From Malacoraja senta (Eukaryota), in NCBI GenBank assembly GCA_038087875.1, contig JAXLNO010000385.1, positions 806,001 through 870,000 on the forward strand: a DNA stretch of 64,000 bases, given 5' to 3'. The notes under the pieces were generated by a model, which did not search any database, was not told where the DNA came from, and saw only the letters and a program-made list of their open reading frames with translations. Shown in pieces: positions 41,301 through 54,978 of this stretch (positions are counted from its first letter, which is position 1; each line of letters opens with the position of its first letter). A program made the position numbers and the translations under genes.

Positions 41301-42949
41301 TATATCCTTGGGCATTTTTAATAATTCTCCTGTATCTGTTCTAATTTTATGAATTATTTTTCCCCTTCCATTTTTCGTAACTGACGTGCTAATAGTTTTT
41401 GTGGTTTGTCTCCAAACTCGAAATGTAATTTTGGTTTTTTGATAAAGTTTTATTACTTGTTCTGAATATATTTTGTTTAATTAATATTGCAATACAGCAA
41501 TTTTATTATGTTTTAAAATAGATGGCATTCTCGCATTTTCTATATCTAGTTGCTTGATTTCACTTTCCAATGTTTGTTGTTTAATCCTGTTCTCTTTATT
41601 ATAAAATACTTGGGCAGAAATTAATGCACCTCGAACAAACGCTTTAAACGTTTCCCACATAAGAGTAGGTGTGTCAGGGTTGTCATTTACCTCAAAAAAT
41701 ATTTGAATCTGTTTAATAAGATATTCCTGGCATGATCTTTCGTTCAAAATTTGTGGGTTAAATCTCCAATATGTTTGTTTCTCGGACATTCCATTTAATT
41801 TAATCATGAATGTTACAGGTGCGTGATCTGAGATTATAATATTATGGTATTTTGAGTTGTAAGTAAATGGGATAAACGTGGAGTCAACTAAAAAATAATC
41901 TATTCTTGAGTATGTTTTATGTACTGGTGAGTAAAATGAATATTCCCGTCCAGTTGGATTTTCAATTCTCCAGACATCCTTAATATTAGTGGTATTAATA
42001 AATGAATTAAAAAATACACTTGATTGAGATTTTATTTTTTTTGCCTTGATGATCTATCTAAGTATGAATCTAATGTGCAATTGAAGTCTCCTCCAATTAT
42101 TAATTTATATTGTGTAAATTCAGGAATTATATTAAATGTTTTATTAAAAAACATAGGGTTATCAAAATTAGGCCCATATACATTAAGAAGAATCACTTTT
42201 TCTCCATTTAACTCTCCAACTAATATAATATATCTACCATCAATATCCGCTATTGTTGATGAATGCGTAAAAGGTATTCCTTTATGAATTAATATTGCAG
42301 CTCCTCTGGACTTATGGGAAAGAGAGGAATGATATGATTCAGCGATCCACTTAGCTTTAAGTCTATGTTGAGATTCCTTTTTAAGGTGTGTTTCTTGAAG
42401 GAATATTATATCTGTTTTGATTGAATTTAGATGTGCCAAAACTTTACCTCTCTTAATTGGTTCATTGATTCCCTTAACATTCCAACTACAAAATGTTATT
42501 CCCTCACCCCCTCTTGTCATATTAACATCTTGCATATTGTTTCTAAGGTGGTCTATAACCGAGCAGAAGGTGCAACACATAAAACCTGACTCTGCTCCCG
42601 AACCTCAAATAGATGAATTTTAAATAATATACATCGCTCTTCCGAACACATCTCCTTGAATTAGTCTTGTTGTTCCATTCAAACATTAAGTTATAAAAAT
42701 ATTTAAAGTGAAAAAAGTGATAGAATTGGTTAGTATAGGGTGAAATAAAAAAAAATACATCTACAATTAGTGTAGTTAGTGATAGCCACACTAACGTGGC
42801 TAGAATTCTAAAGACTTCCGTAGCCTTTGTAAAAAAGAATCCAGCTCCGTGCCCGAGAAAAAAAAGAAGAATATTTCTGACAATCAATTAACTTCTTTGG
42901 GAGTAGCAAACATATATATATATACACATACATACACACACACATACAT

Positions 42950-43006
<57 letters not shown>

Positions 43007-43709
43007 CATATGCATACATATATACGCACATATCCCTGCAGAAAATTCCAAAAACAGCATAAATTCACAACGTTATTATTCTCTACATACCGTATTAATA
43101 TGTTCGCTAAATCTATAAATTTAATTTTAAATTGAAAAATAAAGAGAAAAACCGTCAAACCTTATTATGACGTAGGCTGAATTACCTCTTGCACATATCC
43201 CTATAGAATATAAGTGTGTAACTCATTTCTACGTTAACCAGAGACTGTTAGTTATTAATCATTGTTATCAATGATACCCAGTATTAAATTTTTATGAGTA
43301 ATATAAATGTTAATAATTTTAGTAGTAATATAGATATTTAATAAGTATTAGTAGTTACATATATAGTTAGATATGAATATACTAAATAGTAATAGTGATT
43401 AATAACAATTGGTCATAACTATGATATTATTGTTCTTAGAGTTTACACTAAAAATAAAAAAAGATAAAAAAATAAAAAAACACGGTTTTCTCCAATGTCC
43501 ACCGTCCATTTCAGTTTTCGAATGTCCTTAAAGCTCTTAAAAGAACTTTAAAGGTCCTTTTAAATCTGGCGAAGTCCCGTTAATCCTTGACTCCTGAGGA
43601 GTAATGTAAATTCTTCAGTCTGTGGTCACGTTCTCGATTTCTTTGGCAAATTCCAGTGCTTTTTCGTGGTCTGTAAAAAATTGCTCCTTCTGCTTGTAGG
43701 TGACCCTTG
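38370..43709 (-). mobile_element. L1-clade LINE, 5'-truncated in ORF1, ORF2 complete but frameshifted; 9-bp TSD
   Basis: ORF1 C-terminus RVTYKQKEQFFTDHEKALEFAKEI; ORF2 pieces 42032-42580 (EN), 41481-41807, 39963-41315 (RT) and 38728-40014 (CCHC); AATAAA then (AT)n tail; TGTGAATAT at 38361-38369 and 43710-43718. Confidence 0.94.
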
Positions 43710-45390
43710 TGTGAATATTGGCCAATAAATTTATTCATTCATTCATTCATTCATTCACTTAACTCGAACTCGAGCTCGAACTTGAACTCGAACCCGAACT
43801 CTATCTCGAACTCGAACTCTATCTCGAACTCGAACTCTATCTCAAACTCCAACTCCAACTCCAACTCCAACTGCAACTTGAACTCGAACTCTATCACGAA
43901 CTCTATCTCTAACTCGAACTCGAACTCGCACTCGCACTCGTACTCTCTCGGATCGCGAAATCGAGTTCGAGTTCGACTTGCGGGCGGAGCACCAAGGCAA
44001 ACACCTTGTATGTGAATACTTGGCCAATAAACATATTCGTTCATTCATTCATTCATTCATTCATTCATTCATTCATTTAACTCGAACTCGAGCTCGAACT
44101 TGAACTTGAACTTGAACTCGAACACGAACTCGAACTCGATCACGAACTCTATCTCGAATTCCAACTCCAATTCCAACTCGAACTTGAACTCGAACTCGAA
44201 CTTGAACTCGTACTCTATCTAGAACTCAAACTATCTCGAACTCGAGTTTGAGTTCGACTTGTGGGCGGAGCACCAAGGCAACTTCCCTGTATGTGAATAC
44301 TTGGCCAATAAACGTGTTCATTCATTCCTTCATTCATTCAATTCGATCTCGTGCTCGAACTTGATCTCGAACTCTAACTCTAACTCTAACTCGAACTCTA
44401 TCTCTCTCTCTCTCTCGAACTTTCTCTCGATCACGAACTCGATCTCTAACTCGCATTCTATCTCGAACTCGAATTTAAACTCGTACTCTATCTCGAACTC
44501 GAACTCTATGACGAACTCTCAATCGAGCGCGAACTCGATCTCGAACTCGAACTGGAATTCGAACTCGAATTCTAACTCTATCTCGAACTCGAACTCGATC
44601 TCTAACTCGAACTATCTCGAAGTCGAAATCTATTTCGAACTCGAACTCGAACTCGAACGCGAACTCTATCTCGATTTCGAGGTTGAGTTCAACTTGCGGG
44701 CGGAGCATCAAGGCAAATTCCTTGTTTGTGAATACTTGACCAATAAACTTATTCATTCATTCATTCATTCATTCATTCAACTCGAACTCTATCTCGAATT
44801 CTAATTCGAACTCGAAATCTATCTCGAAATCTCTCTCGAACTAAAACTCGAACTCGAACTCTATCTCTGGCTAAAACTCGAATTCGAACTCTAAATATCT
44901 CGACCTCAAACTCTATCTCGAACTCGAAATCTAACGAACTCGAACACCTACTGGAACTCGAACTCTATCTCGAACTCGAACTCTATCTCGAACTCGATCT
45001 CGAACTCGAGTTCGACTTGCGGGCGGAGCACCAAGGCAAATTCGTTGTATGTGAATACATGCCCAATAAACTTATTCATTCTTTCATTCATGCGTTCAGT
45101 CAACTCGAACTCGAACTATCTCTAGAACTCAAACTCAAAATCTATCTTGAACTCGAACTTTATCTCCAGCTAAAACTCGAATCCGAATTCGAACTATCTC
45201 GACATCGAACTTTATTTCGAACTCCAAATCTATCTCGAACTCGAACTCGAATTCGATCTCGAACTCGAGTTGGATTTCGACTTACGGGCGGAGCACAAAT
45301 GCAAATTCCTTGTCTGTGAATACTTTGCCAATAAACATTCATTCATTCATTCATTCATTTAGCTCGAACTCAAGCTCAAACTTGAACTCA
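43710..45390 (+). repeat. GAACTC-hexamer satellite with LINE-tail cassettes
   Basis: Cassettes near 43975, 44255, 44692, 45014 and 45278. Confidence 0.95.
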
Positions 45391-47420
45391 AAGCTCAAAG
45401 ATTCGCTCAATTTTAACAAAATATATATACATCTAAAGCGGTAGCAGATAATACCAAAGTTAGAGAGTTCCTGGATAATTGTAATCTCCCAAAACTCAAT
45501 GTGAGTGAACAAGAGGAATTAGGTGCACAAGTCTCAACTAAGGAAATAGAAGAAACAATAAATACATTAAAGAATGGAAAAACTCCAGGACCAGATGGTT
45601 TTAGTAATTAATTTTATAAAGGATTTTACGAGATAATTACACCACGACTACATAAAATGTATACATATGCTTTTAAAGAACATACACTTCCAGAAACATT
45701 GGCGGAGTCAACGATTACACTTATACCTAAAAAAGGTAAAGATTTAGAAGATCCGGGTTCTTATAGAGCTATTGCGCTGTTAAATACAGATCAAAACATA
45801 TTAGCGAAAACATTACCTAGAAGGCTAAGTAACTATGTCAGTAAATTAATAAATCCGGATCAAACAGGGTTTATACCCAAGAGATACTCAAGCAATAACC
45901 TGAGACGTATGTTTAATATAATGCACTCACATAAAACCGAAGAGCACGATTTATCAATTATTTCACTGGACGCAGAAAAAGCATTTGATCAAGTGGAATG
46001 GGATTATATGGTTAAAGTATTGCAAAAATTTCAAGTGGGAGAGAATTTTATCGCTTGGGTAAAATTATTATATGATAGGCCTACGGCCAGAATATTAACT
46101 AATAATATTTTGTCCTCGAAATTTCAGTTATCAAGGGGAAATAGACAGGGGTGTTCATTATCACCTCTGCTATTTGCTCTTGTAATAGAACCGTTAGCGG
46201 AAAGTATTAGGATACATTCGAATATTCATGGGTACAATACAAAATATTCAAATAATAAGATATCTTTATATGCAGATGATGTACTACTATATATTATAAA
46301 ATCACAAACTAGTATACCAAATATATTAAATTTAATTGAGGAATTTGGATCCTTTTCAGGATATAGAATAAATTGGAATAAAAGTGAAATGATGACGATT
46401 AAACCTCAAGAATCGACACCTGTTAAAATTCCCTTTTAAAATCGCTTCAGAAAAATTTAAATATTTGGGAATTGAAATTACTAGAAAATATTAATCTCTA
46501 TTTAATGCAAACTATATGCCCTTACTCAATAAACTAAACTGATTAAGTTCTGGAAAACACTCCAGATGTCTCTTATGGGCCGAATAAATGCTATAAAAAT
46601 GATATTTTTACCACAAATTGTATATCTATTCCAGTCAATACTTACCAAAACATTTTTTTTTTAAATTGGATGCTGATTTTACAAATTTTATATGGGACTA
46701 TAAATCCCACAGAATCCAAAGAAAACACTTCTGTAAACCTAAGGAATTTGGTTGATTAACACTCCCCAATTTTTAATATTATTATTGGGCCACAAATGTC
46801 AAAAATATGATTCACCTGTTGGACAATTCGGCCCAGCAGGTGGATTGGATAGTAATGGAGAGAGAGGACTGTTCCCCTTTTAACATAGGAGCGATCCTTC
46901 TCTCACCAACAAAAATAAAGAATACAATATATAGTAAAAATCCAATTATTCATAGTACAATTAGAATTTGGAAACAAATAAAATTAACGTTAAAATTAAG
47001 AAATCTATCACTTATTTCAACTATAATGAATAACCCTTCGTTTAAACCTTCTATGATAGATAGAGCTTTTATAAATTGGGAAAGAGTAGGAATTAAAACG
47101 TTTGGAGATATGTATGATAATGGAAGTGTTTTAACATTTCACCAATTACAACTTAAATGCAACTTGAATAGTAATCAATATTTCAAATATTATCAACTAT
47201 GTGACTATTTGAAAAAGTATACACGAGAATATCAAAATATGTCTCCTGACCTATTAGATGGGATAATGATTATAAAAGCGGAATCAGCTAATTTAATATC
47301 ATACCTATAGAATTCCATTTTAAATATAGAAATTCCATCATCGGACGCGATTAGAAGAGAATGGGAACAGGAACTAGCTATAAAAATCTCGAAAGAGAGT
47401 TGGGATAAACATCTATTATA

Positions 47421-49038
47421 CAGTGGCTTACAAAAGTATTCATACCCCTTGAACTTTTCCACATTTTGTCACGTTACAACCACAAACGTAAATGTATTTT
47501 ATTGGGATTTTATGTGATAGACCAACACAAAGTGGTGCATAATTGTGAAGTGGAAGGAAAATGATACATGGTTTTCAAAAAAATTTTACAAATAAAAAAC
47601 TGAAAAGTTTCACGTGCAAAAGTATTTAGCCCCCCTGAGTCAATACTTTGTAGAACCACCTTTCGCTGCAATTAAAGCTGCAAGTCTTTTGGGGTATGTC
47701 TCTACCAGCTTTGCACATCTAGAGACTGAAATTTTTGCCCATTCTTCTTTTCAAAATAGCTCAAGCTCAGTCAGATTGGATGGAGAGCGTCTGTGAACAG
47801 CAATTTTCAAGTCTTGCCAGAGATTCTCAATTGGATTTAGGTCTGGACTTTGACTGGGCCATTCTAACACATGAATATGCTTTGATCCAAATCATTCCAT
47901 TGTAGCTCTGGCTGTATGTTTAGGGTCGTTGTCCTGCTGGAAGATGAAACTCCGCCCCAGTCCCAAGTCTTTTGCAGACTCTAACAGGTTTTCTTCCAAG
48001 ATTGCCCTGTAATTGGCTCCATCCATCTTCCATTCAACTCTGACCAGCTTCCCTGTCCCTGCTGAAGAAAAGCATCCCCACAGCATGATGCTGCCACCAC
48101 CATGTTTCACAGTGGGGATGGTGTGTTCAGGGTAATGTGCAGTGTTAGGTTTCCGCCACACATAGCGTTTTGCATTTAGGCCAAAAACTTCAATTTTGTT
48201 CTCATCTGACCAGAGCACCTTCCTCCACATGTTTGCTGTGTCCCCCACATGGCTTGTGGCAAACTGCAAACAGGACTTCTTATGGCTTTTTTTCAACAAT
48301 GGCTTTCTTCTTGCCACTCTTCCATAAAGTCCCGATTTGTGGAGTGCACAACTAATAGTTGTCCTGTGGACAGATTCTCCCACCTGAGCTGTGGATCTCT
48401 GCAGCTCCTCCAGAGTTACCATGGGCCTCTTGGCTGCTTCTCTGATCAATGCTCTCCTTGCATGGCCTGTCAGTTTAGGTGGACGGCCATGTCTTGGTAA
48501 GTTTGCAGTTGTGCCATACTCTTTCCGTTTTCGGATGATGGATTGAACAGTGCTCCGTGAGATGTTTAACGCTTGGGATATTTATTTATAACCTAACCCT
48601 GCTTTAAACATCTCCACAACTTTATCCCTGACCTCTCTGGTCTGTTCCTTGGGCTTCATGATGCTGTTTGTTCACTAATGTTCTCTAACAAACCTCTGAG
48701 GCCTTCACAGAACAGCTGTATTTATACTTGGATTAGATTACACACAAGTGGACTCTATTTACTAATTAGGTGACTTCTGAAGGCAATTGGTTGCACTGGA
48801 TTTTATTTAGGGGTATCAGAGTAAAGGGGGCTGAATACTTTTTCACGCGTCACTTTTCAGTTTTTTATTTGTAAAAAAATTTGAAAACCATGTATCATTT
48901 TCCTTCCACTTCACAATTATGCGCCACTTTGTATTGGTCTATCACATAAAATCCCAATAAAATACATTTACGTTTGTGGTTGTAACGTGACAAAATGTGG
49001 AAAAGTTCAAGGGGTATGAATACTTTTGCAAGCCACTA
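47421..49038 (-). mobile_element. Tc1/mariner DNA transposon, full length (~1.62 kb), long IR/DR-type TIRs, TA TSD
   Basis: TA|CAGTGGCTTACAAAAGTATTCATACCCC ... GGGGTATGAATACTTTTGCAAGCCACTA|TA; TIRs of about 210 bp with inner AAGTATT(T/C)AGCCCC repeats. Confidence 0.96.
47640..48659 (-). pseudogene. Tc1 DD34E transposase with premature stops
   Basis: MKPKEQTREVRDKVV start; WSDE, QQDNDPKH and [11 protein letters not shown] with 34 residues between D and E; 1020-nt span; in-frame stops near 48583 and 47892. Confidence 0.9.
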
Positions 49039-49642
49039 TATGTGCATAAATGTTCGATTAACGTAAGACATACTCTGATTCAATTTAAAATTTTATATAG
49101 ATTATATTATTCTAAAGCTAAATTAAGTACATTTTACCCAAATACCTCTGCTAACTGTGATAAATGCCTAGTCCAAGAATCAACTATAGCACATTCTTTT
49201 ATTTTATGTATAAAAATTCAAAAATATTGGAATGACATTTTTGACATTTTCACTAAATTATTTAAAATAAAACTGAAACCGAATGCAGAACTGATTATTT
49301 TTGGAACAATAGAAGCAAGTTTGGAGCTGGCTGCATTTCAAAGGAGTTTTCTTAGTTATGGCTTAATAACGGCAAAAAAACTGATACTCAAATTTTGGAA
49401 AAATGCTCCAACGCCAACAATAAAAATGTGGACTTCTAATATGTCGGAATTGTTACATCTAGAAGATATGAGATTCCTCCTAGCAGGTAAACAAGACCAA
49501 TTCCAAAAGATTTGGTCTCCATATATCGACTTATTGCAAACATAGGGTGCAACAAAATGTTGATAATAAATGGTTTTAGGACCTGGCGAGGGGTGAGTAA
49601 AGATAAGAAGTAGGTACATCCCTTTTTTTAAATAAAAAGAAT

Positions 49643-52600
49643 ATGACGAACTCTCAATCGAACGCGAACTCGATCTCGAACTCGAACTGGAATTCGAACT
49701 CGAATTCGAACTCTCTCTCGAACTCGAACTCGATCTCTAACTCGAACTATCTCGAAGTCGAAATCTATTTCGAATGAACTCGAACTCGAACTCGAACGCG
49801 AACTCTATCTCCAGCTAAAACTCGAATCCGAGCTCGAACTATCTCGACCTTGAACTTTATCTCGAACTCCAAATCTATCTCGAACTCGAACTCGAATTCG
49901 ATCCCGAACTCGAGTTGGATTTCGACTTACGGGCGGAGCATCAAGGCAAATTCCTTGTTTGTGAATACTTGGCCAATAAACTTATTCATTCATTCAACTC
50001 GAACTCTATCTCGAATTCTAATTCGAACTCGAAATCTATCTCGAAATCTCTCTCGAACTAAAACTCGAACTCGAACTCTATCTCTGGCTAAAACTCGAAT
50101 TCGAACTCTAAATAACTCGACCTCAAACTCTATCTCGAACTCGAAATCTAATGAACTCGAACTCCTACTGGATCTCGAACTCTATCTCGAACTCGAACTC
50201 TATCTCGAACTCGATCGCGAACTCGAGTTCGACTTGCGGGCGGAGCACCAAGGCCAATTCCTTGTATGTGAATACATGCCCAATAAACTTATTCATTCTT
50301 TCATTCATGCGTTCAGTCAACTCAAACTCGAACTATCTCTAGAACTCAAACTCAAAATCTATCTTGAACTCGAACTCTATCTCCAGCTAAAACTCGAATC
50401 CGAACTCGAACTATCTCGACCTCGAACTTTATCTCGAACTCCAAATCTATCTCGAACTCGAACTCGAATTCGATCTCGAACTCAAGTTGGATTTCGACTT
50501 ACGGGCGGAGCACCAAGGCAAATTCCTTGTATGTGAATACTTTGATAATAAACATTCATTCATTCATTCATTTAGCTCGAACTCGAGCTCAAACTTGAAC
50601 TCGAACTCTATCATGAACTCTATCTCGAACTCGAACTCTATCTCCATCTCGAACTCGAACTCGTACTCTATCTCGAACTCGTTCTCAAACTCGAGTTCGA
50701 GTTCGACTTGCGGGCGGAGCACCAAGCCAAATTCCTTCTATGTGAATACATTGCCAATAATCATATTCATTCATTCATTCATTCATTCATTCATTCCGTC
50801 AACTCGAACTCGAACTGGAACTCTATCTCGAACTCTCTCTCGAACTAAAACTCGGACTCGAACTTGTACTCTATCTCGAACTCGAACTCGAACTATCTCG
50901 AACTCGAACTCTATCTCGAACTCGAACTCTATCTCGAACTCTATCTCGAACTCTCTCGAACTCAAACTCTATCTCGAACTCTATCTCGAACTATCTCGAA
51001 CGCGAACTCGATCTCGAACTCGAACTCGAACTATCTTGAACTCGAACTCGAACTCTATCTTGAACTCGAAGTCTATCTCCAATTCGAACTCGAAATCGAT
51101 CTCAAACTCGAGTTGGAGTTCGAGTTACCGGCGGAGCACCAAGGCAAATTCCTTGTATGTGAATAGTTGGCCAATAAACGTATTCATTCATTCATTCATT
51201 CATTTAACTCGAACTCTATCTCGAACTCCAAATCCAACTCCAACTCTAACTTGAAATCTAACTCGAACTCTCTCTCGAACTCTCTCTCGAACTCTATCTC
51301 GAATTCTCTCTCTAACTAAAACTCGAACTCGTACTATATCTCGAACTATCTCGAACTATCTCAACGCGAACTCGATCTCAAACTCGATCTCGATCTCGAA
51401 CTCGAACTTTATCTTGAACTCGAACTCAAAATCATCTTGAACTCGAACTCTATCTCTAGCTAAAACTCGAATTCGTACTCGAACTATCTCGACCTCGAAC
51501 TTTATCTCGAACTCGAAATCTATCTCGAACTCAAACTAGAATTCAATCTCGAACTCGAGTTGGATTTCATCTTACGGGCGGAGCACCAAGGCAAACTCAT
51601 TGTTTGTGAATACTTGGCCAATAAACTTATACATTCATTCATTCATTCAACTCGTACTCTATCTCGAACTCGAACTCTTATCTCGAACTCGAACTCGAAC
51701 TCTCTCGAACTCGAACTCTATCTCGAACTATCTCGAAAGCGAACTCGAACTCTATCTTGAACTCGAACTCCATCTCGAACTCGCTCTCTACCTAAAACTC
51801 GAACTCTCTCTCTACCTAAAACTCGAACTCGAACTCGTACTCTATCTCGAACTCGAAATCTATCTCGAGCTCGAACTACCTCGAACTCTCTCGAACTCGA
51901 ACTCCATTTCGAACGAACTCGAGCGCGAACGAACTCAAACTCGAATTTTATCTCGAACTCGAACTCGAATTCGAACACGAACTCTATCTCGATCTCTCTC
52001 TCTCTAATCAAATCTCGAACACGAACGTACTCTATCTCGAACTCGAACTCAAAGGAATTGAACTTGAACTCGAACTCTATCTTGAACTCGAACTCAAACG
52101 AATTGAACTTGAACTCCAACTCTATCTCGAACTCAAACTCGAACTCTATCTCTAATTCTATCACGAACTCAATCTCGAACTCGAACTCGATCTCGAACTC
52201 GAACTCGAACTCTATCTCTATCGACTTGCGGGCGGAGCACCAAGATAAACTCCTTGTATGTGAATACATGGCCAATAAACTTATGCATTCATACATTCAT
52301 TCAGTTAACCCGAACTCGAAAATCTCTCTTGAACTCTCTCTCTCTCGAACTCGAGCTCGAACTATATCTCGAACTCGAACGCGAACTCGAACTCCAACTC
52401 CAAATCGACCTTGAACTCGAACTCTTTCTCGAATTTTATCACGAACTCTATATCTATCTCGAACTCTTTCGCGAGATCGAATACGAACTCGAACTCGAAC
52501 TCTATCTCAAACTCGAACTATCTACAACTCCAACGTGAACTCGAACTCTATCTCGAACTCGAACACTATCGCGAACTTTATCTCGAACTCGAAATATATC

Positions 52601-53890
52601 TCGAATACAAACTAGAATTCGATCTCGAACTCGAGTTGGATTTCGTCTTACGGGCGGAGCACCAAGGCAAACTCCTTGTTTGTGAATACTTGGCCAATAA
52701 ACTGATACATTCATTCATTCAACTCGTACTCTATCTCGAACACGAACTCTTATCTCGAACTCGAACTCGAACTCTCTCGAACTCGAACTCTATCTCGAAC
52801 TATCTCGAACGCGAACTCGAACTCTATCTCGAACTCGCTCTCTACCTAAAACTCGAACTCGAACTCTATCTCGAAATCTCTCTCTACCTAAAACTCGAAC
52901 TCGAACTCGTACTATCTCGAACTCGAAATCTATCTCGAGCTCGAACTATCTCGAACTCTCTCGAACTCGAACTCCATCTCGAACGAACTCGAGCGCGAAC
53001 GAACTCAAACTCGAATTTTATCTCGAACTCGAACTCGAATTCGAACACGAACTCTATCTCGATCTCTCTGCCTCTAACCAAAACTCGAACTCGAACGTAC
53101 TCTATCTCGAACTCGAACTCAAATGAATTGAACTTGAACTCGAACTCTATCTTGAACTCGAACTCAAACGAATTGAACTTGAACTCGAACTCTATCTCGA
53201 ACTCGAACTCGAACTCTATCTCTAATTCTATCACGAACTCAATCTCGAACTCGGACTCTATCTCGAACTCGAACTCGAACTCTATCTCTATCGACTTGCG
53301 GGCGGAGCACCAAGATAAACTCCTTGTATGTGAATACATGGCCAATAAACTTATGCATTCATACATTCATTCAGTTAACTCGAACTCGAAATCTCTCTTG
53401 AACTCTCTCTCTCTCGAACTCGAGCTCGAACTATATCTCGAACTCGAACGCGAACTCGAACACCAACTCCAAATCGAACTTGAACTCGAACTCTTTCTCG
53501 AATTTTATCACGAACTATATCTATCTCGAACTCTTTCGCGACCTCGAATACGAACTCGAACTCGAACTCTATCTCGAACTCGAACTATCTAGAACTCCAA
53601 CGTGAACTCGAACTCTATCTCGAACTCGAACCCTATCACGAACTTTATCTCGAACTCGAAATATATCTCGAACTCGGTCTATCTCGAACTCTCTCTAGAA
53701 CTCGCTCTAGAACTCGAATTCGAATTCGAACTAACACTATCTCGAACTCTCTCCCAAACTCGAACTCAAACTCGATCTCGAAATCCAACTCCAACTCGAA
53801 CTCGAACTCTAACACAAACTCTATCACGAACTCCATCTCGAACTCGAAAACTATCTATCTCGAACTCGAAATCGCACTCGAACTCGAATT
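49643..53890 (+). repeat. GAACTC-hexamer satellite with LINE-tail cassettes
   Basis: Cassettes near 49924, 50231, 50496, 50705, 51122, 51570, 52223, 52645 and 53293. Confidence 0.95.
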
Positions 53891-54978
53891 CAAATGTAAG
53901 TCCCTTGCAGTCAGAAACAGGTGAATTGATCATGGGGAACATGGATATGGCGGACCAATTGAATAACTACTTTGGTTCCGTCTTCACTAAGGAAGACATA
54001 AATAATCTGCCGGAAATAGCAGGGGGCCGCGGGTCAAAGGAGATGGAGGAACCGAGTGAAATCCAGGTTAGTCGGGAAGTGGTGTTGGGTAAATTGAATG
54101 GATTAAAGGCCGATAAATCACCAGGGCCAGATAGGCTGCATCCCAGAGTACTTAAGGAAGTAGCTCCAGAAATAGTGGATGCATTAGTGATAATTTTTCA
54201 AAACTCTTTAGATTATGGAGTAGTTCCTGAGGATTGGAGGGTAGCAAACGTAACCCCACTTTTTAAGAAGGGAGGGAGAGAGAAAACGGGGAATTACAGA
54301 CCAGTTAGTCTAACGTCGGTAGTGGGGAAACTGCTAGAGTCACTTATTAAAGATGGGATAGCAGCACATTTGGAAAGTGGTGAAATCATTGGACAAAGTC
54401 AGCATGGATTTACGAAAGGTAAATCATGTCTGACGGATCTCATCGAATTGTTCGAGGATGGAACTAGTAGCGTGGATAGAGGAGAACCAGTGGATGTGGT
54501 GTATCTGGACTTCCAGAAGGCTTTCGACAAGGTCCCACATAAGAGATTAGTATACAAACTTAAAGCACATGGCATTGGGGGTTCAGTATTGATGTGGATA
54601 GAGAACTGGCTGGCAAACAGGAAGCAAAGAGTAGGAGTAAACGGCTCCTTTTTCACAGTGGCAGGCAGTGACTAGTGGGGTACGGCAAGGCTCAGTGCTG
54701 GGACCCCAGCTATTTACAATTTATATTAATGATCTGGACGAGGGAATTGAAAGCAACATCTCCAAGTATGCGGATGACACTAAGCTGGGGGGGGGCAGTG
54801 TTAGCTGTGAGGAGGATGCTAGGAGATGCAAGGTGACTTGGATAGGCTGGGTATGGAGAGAAGGCAGGTACGGGATACTGAGTTGGATGATCAGCCATGA
54901 TCATATTGAATGGCGGTGCAGGCTCGAAGGGCCGAATGGCCTACTCCTGCACCTATTTTCTATGTATCTATGTATCTA
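53891..54978 (+). mobile_element. CR1-clade LINE (second subfamily), 5'-truncated with a large internal deletion
   Basis: [38 protein letters not shown]; jumps from GATAGGCTGGGT directly to ATGGAGAGAAGG near the 3' end; (TATGTATC)n tail. Confidence 0.92.

Larger units (their letters stand above)
45396..49642 (+). mobile_element. L1-clade LINE, 5'-truncated ORF2, interrupted by Tc1
   Basis: ORF 45657-46439 RT (DAEKAFDQVEW, GNRQGCSLSPLLFAL, LYADD); the reading WDKHLLY/VHKCSI is split by the Tc1; ORF2 ends at 49545. Confidence 0.92.

Noticed and set aside
52411..53592. Long ORFs rich in NS, LE, RT, EF, RV or IHSF (here 393 aa, and many others)
   Set aside because: GAACTC repeats have no stop in any frame and (ATTC)n is open on one strand, so these ORFs are expected by chance; frames switch freely between paralogous copies.
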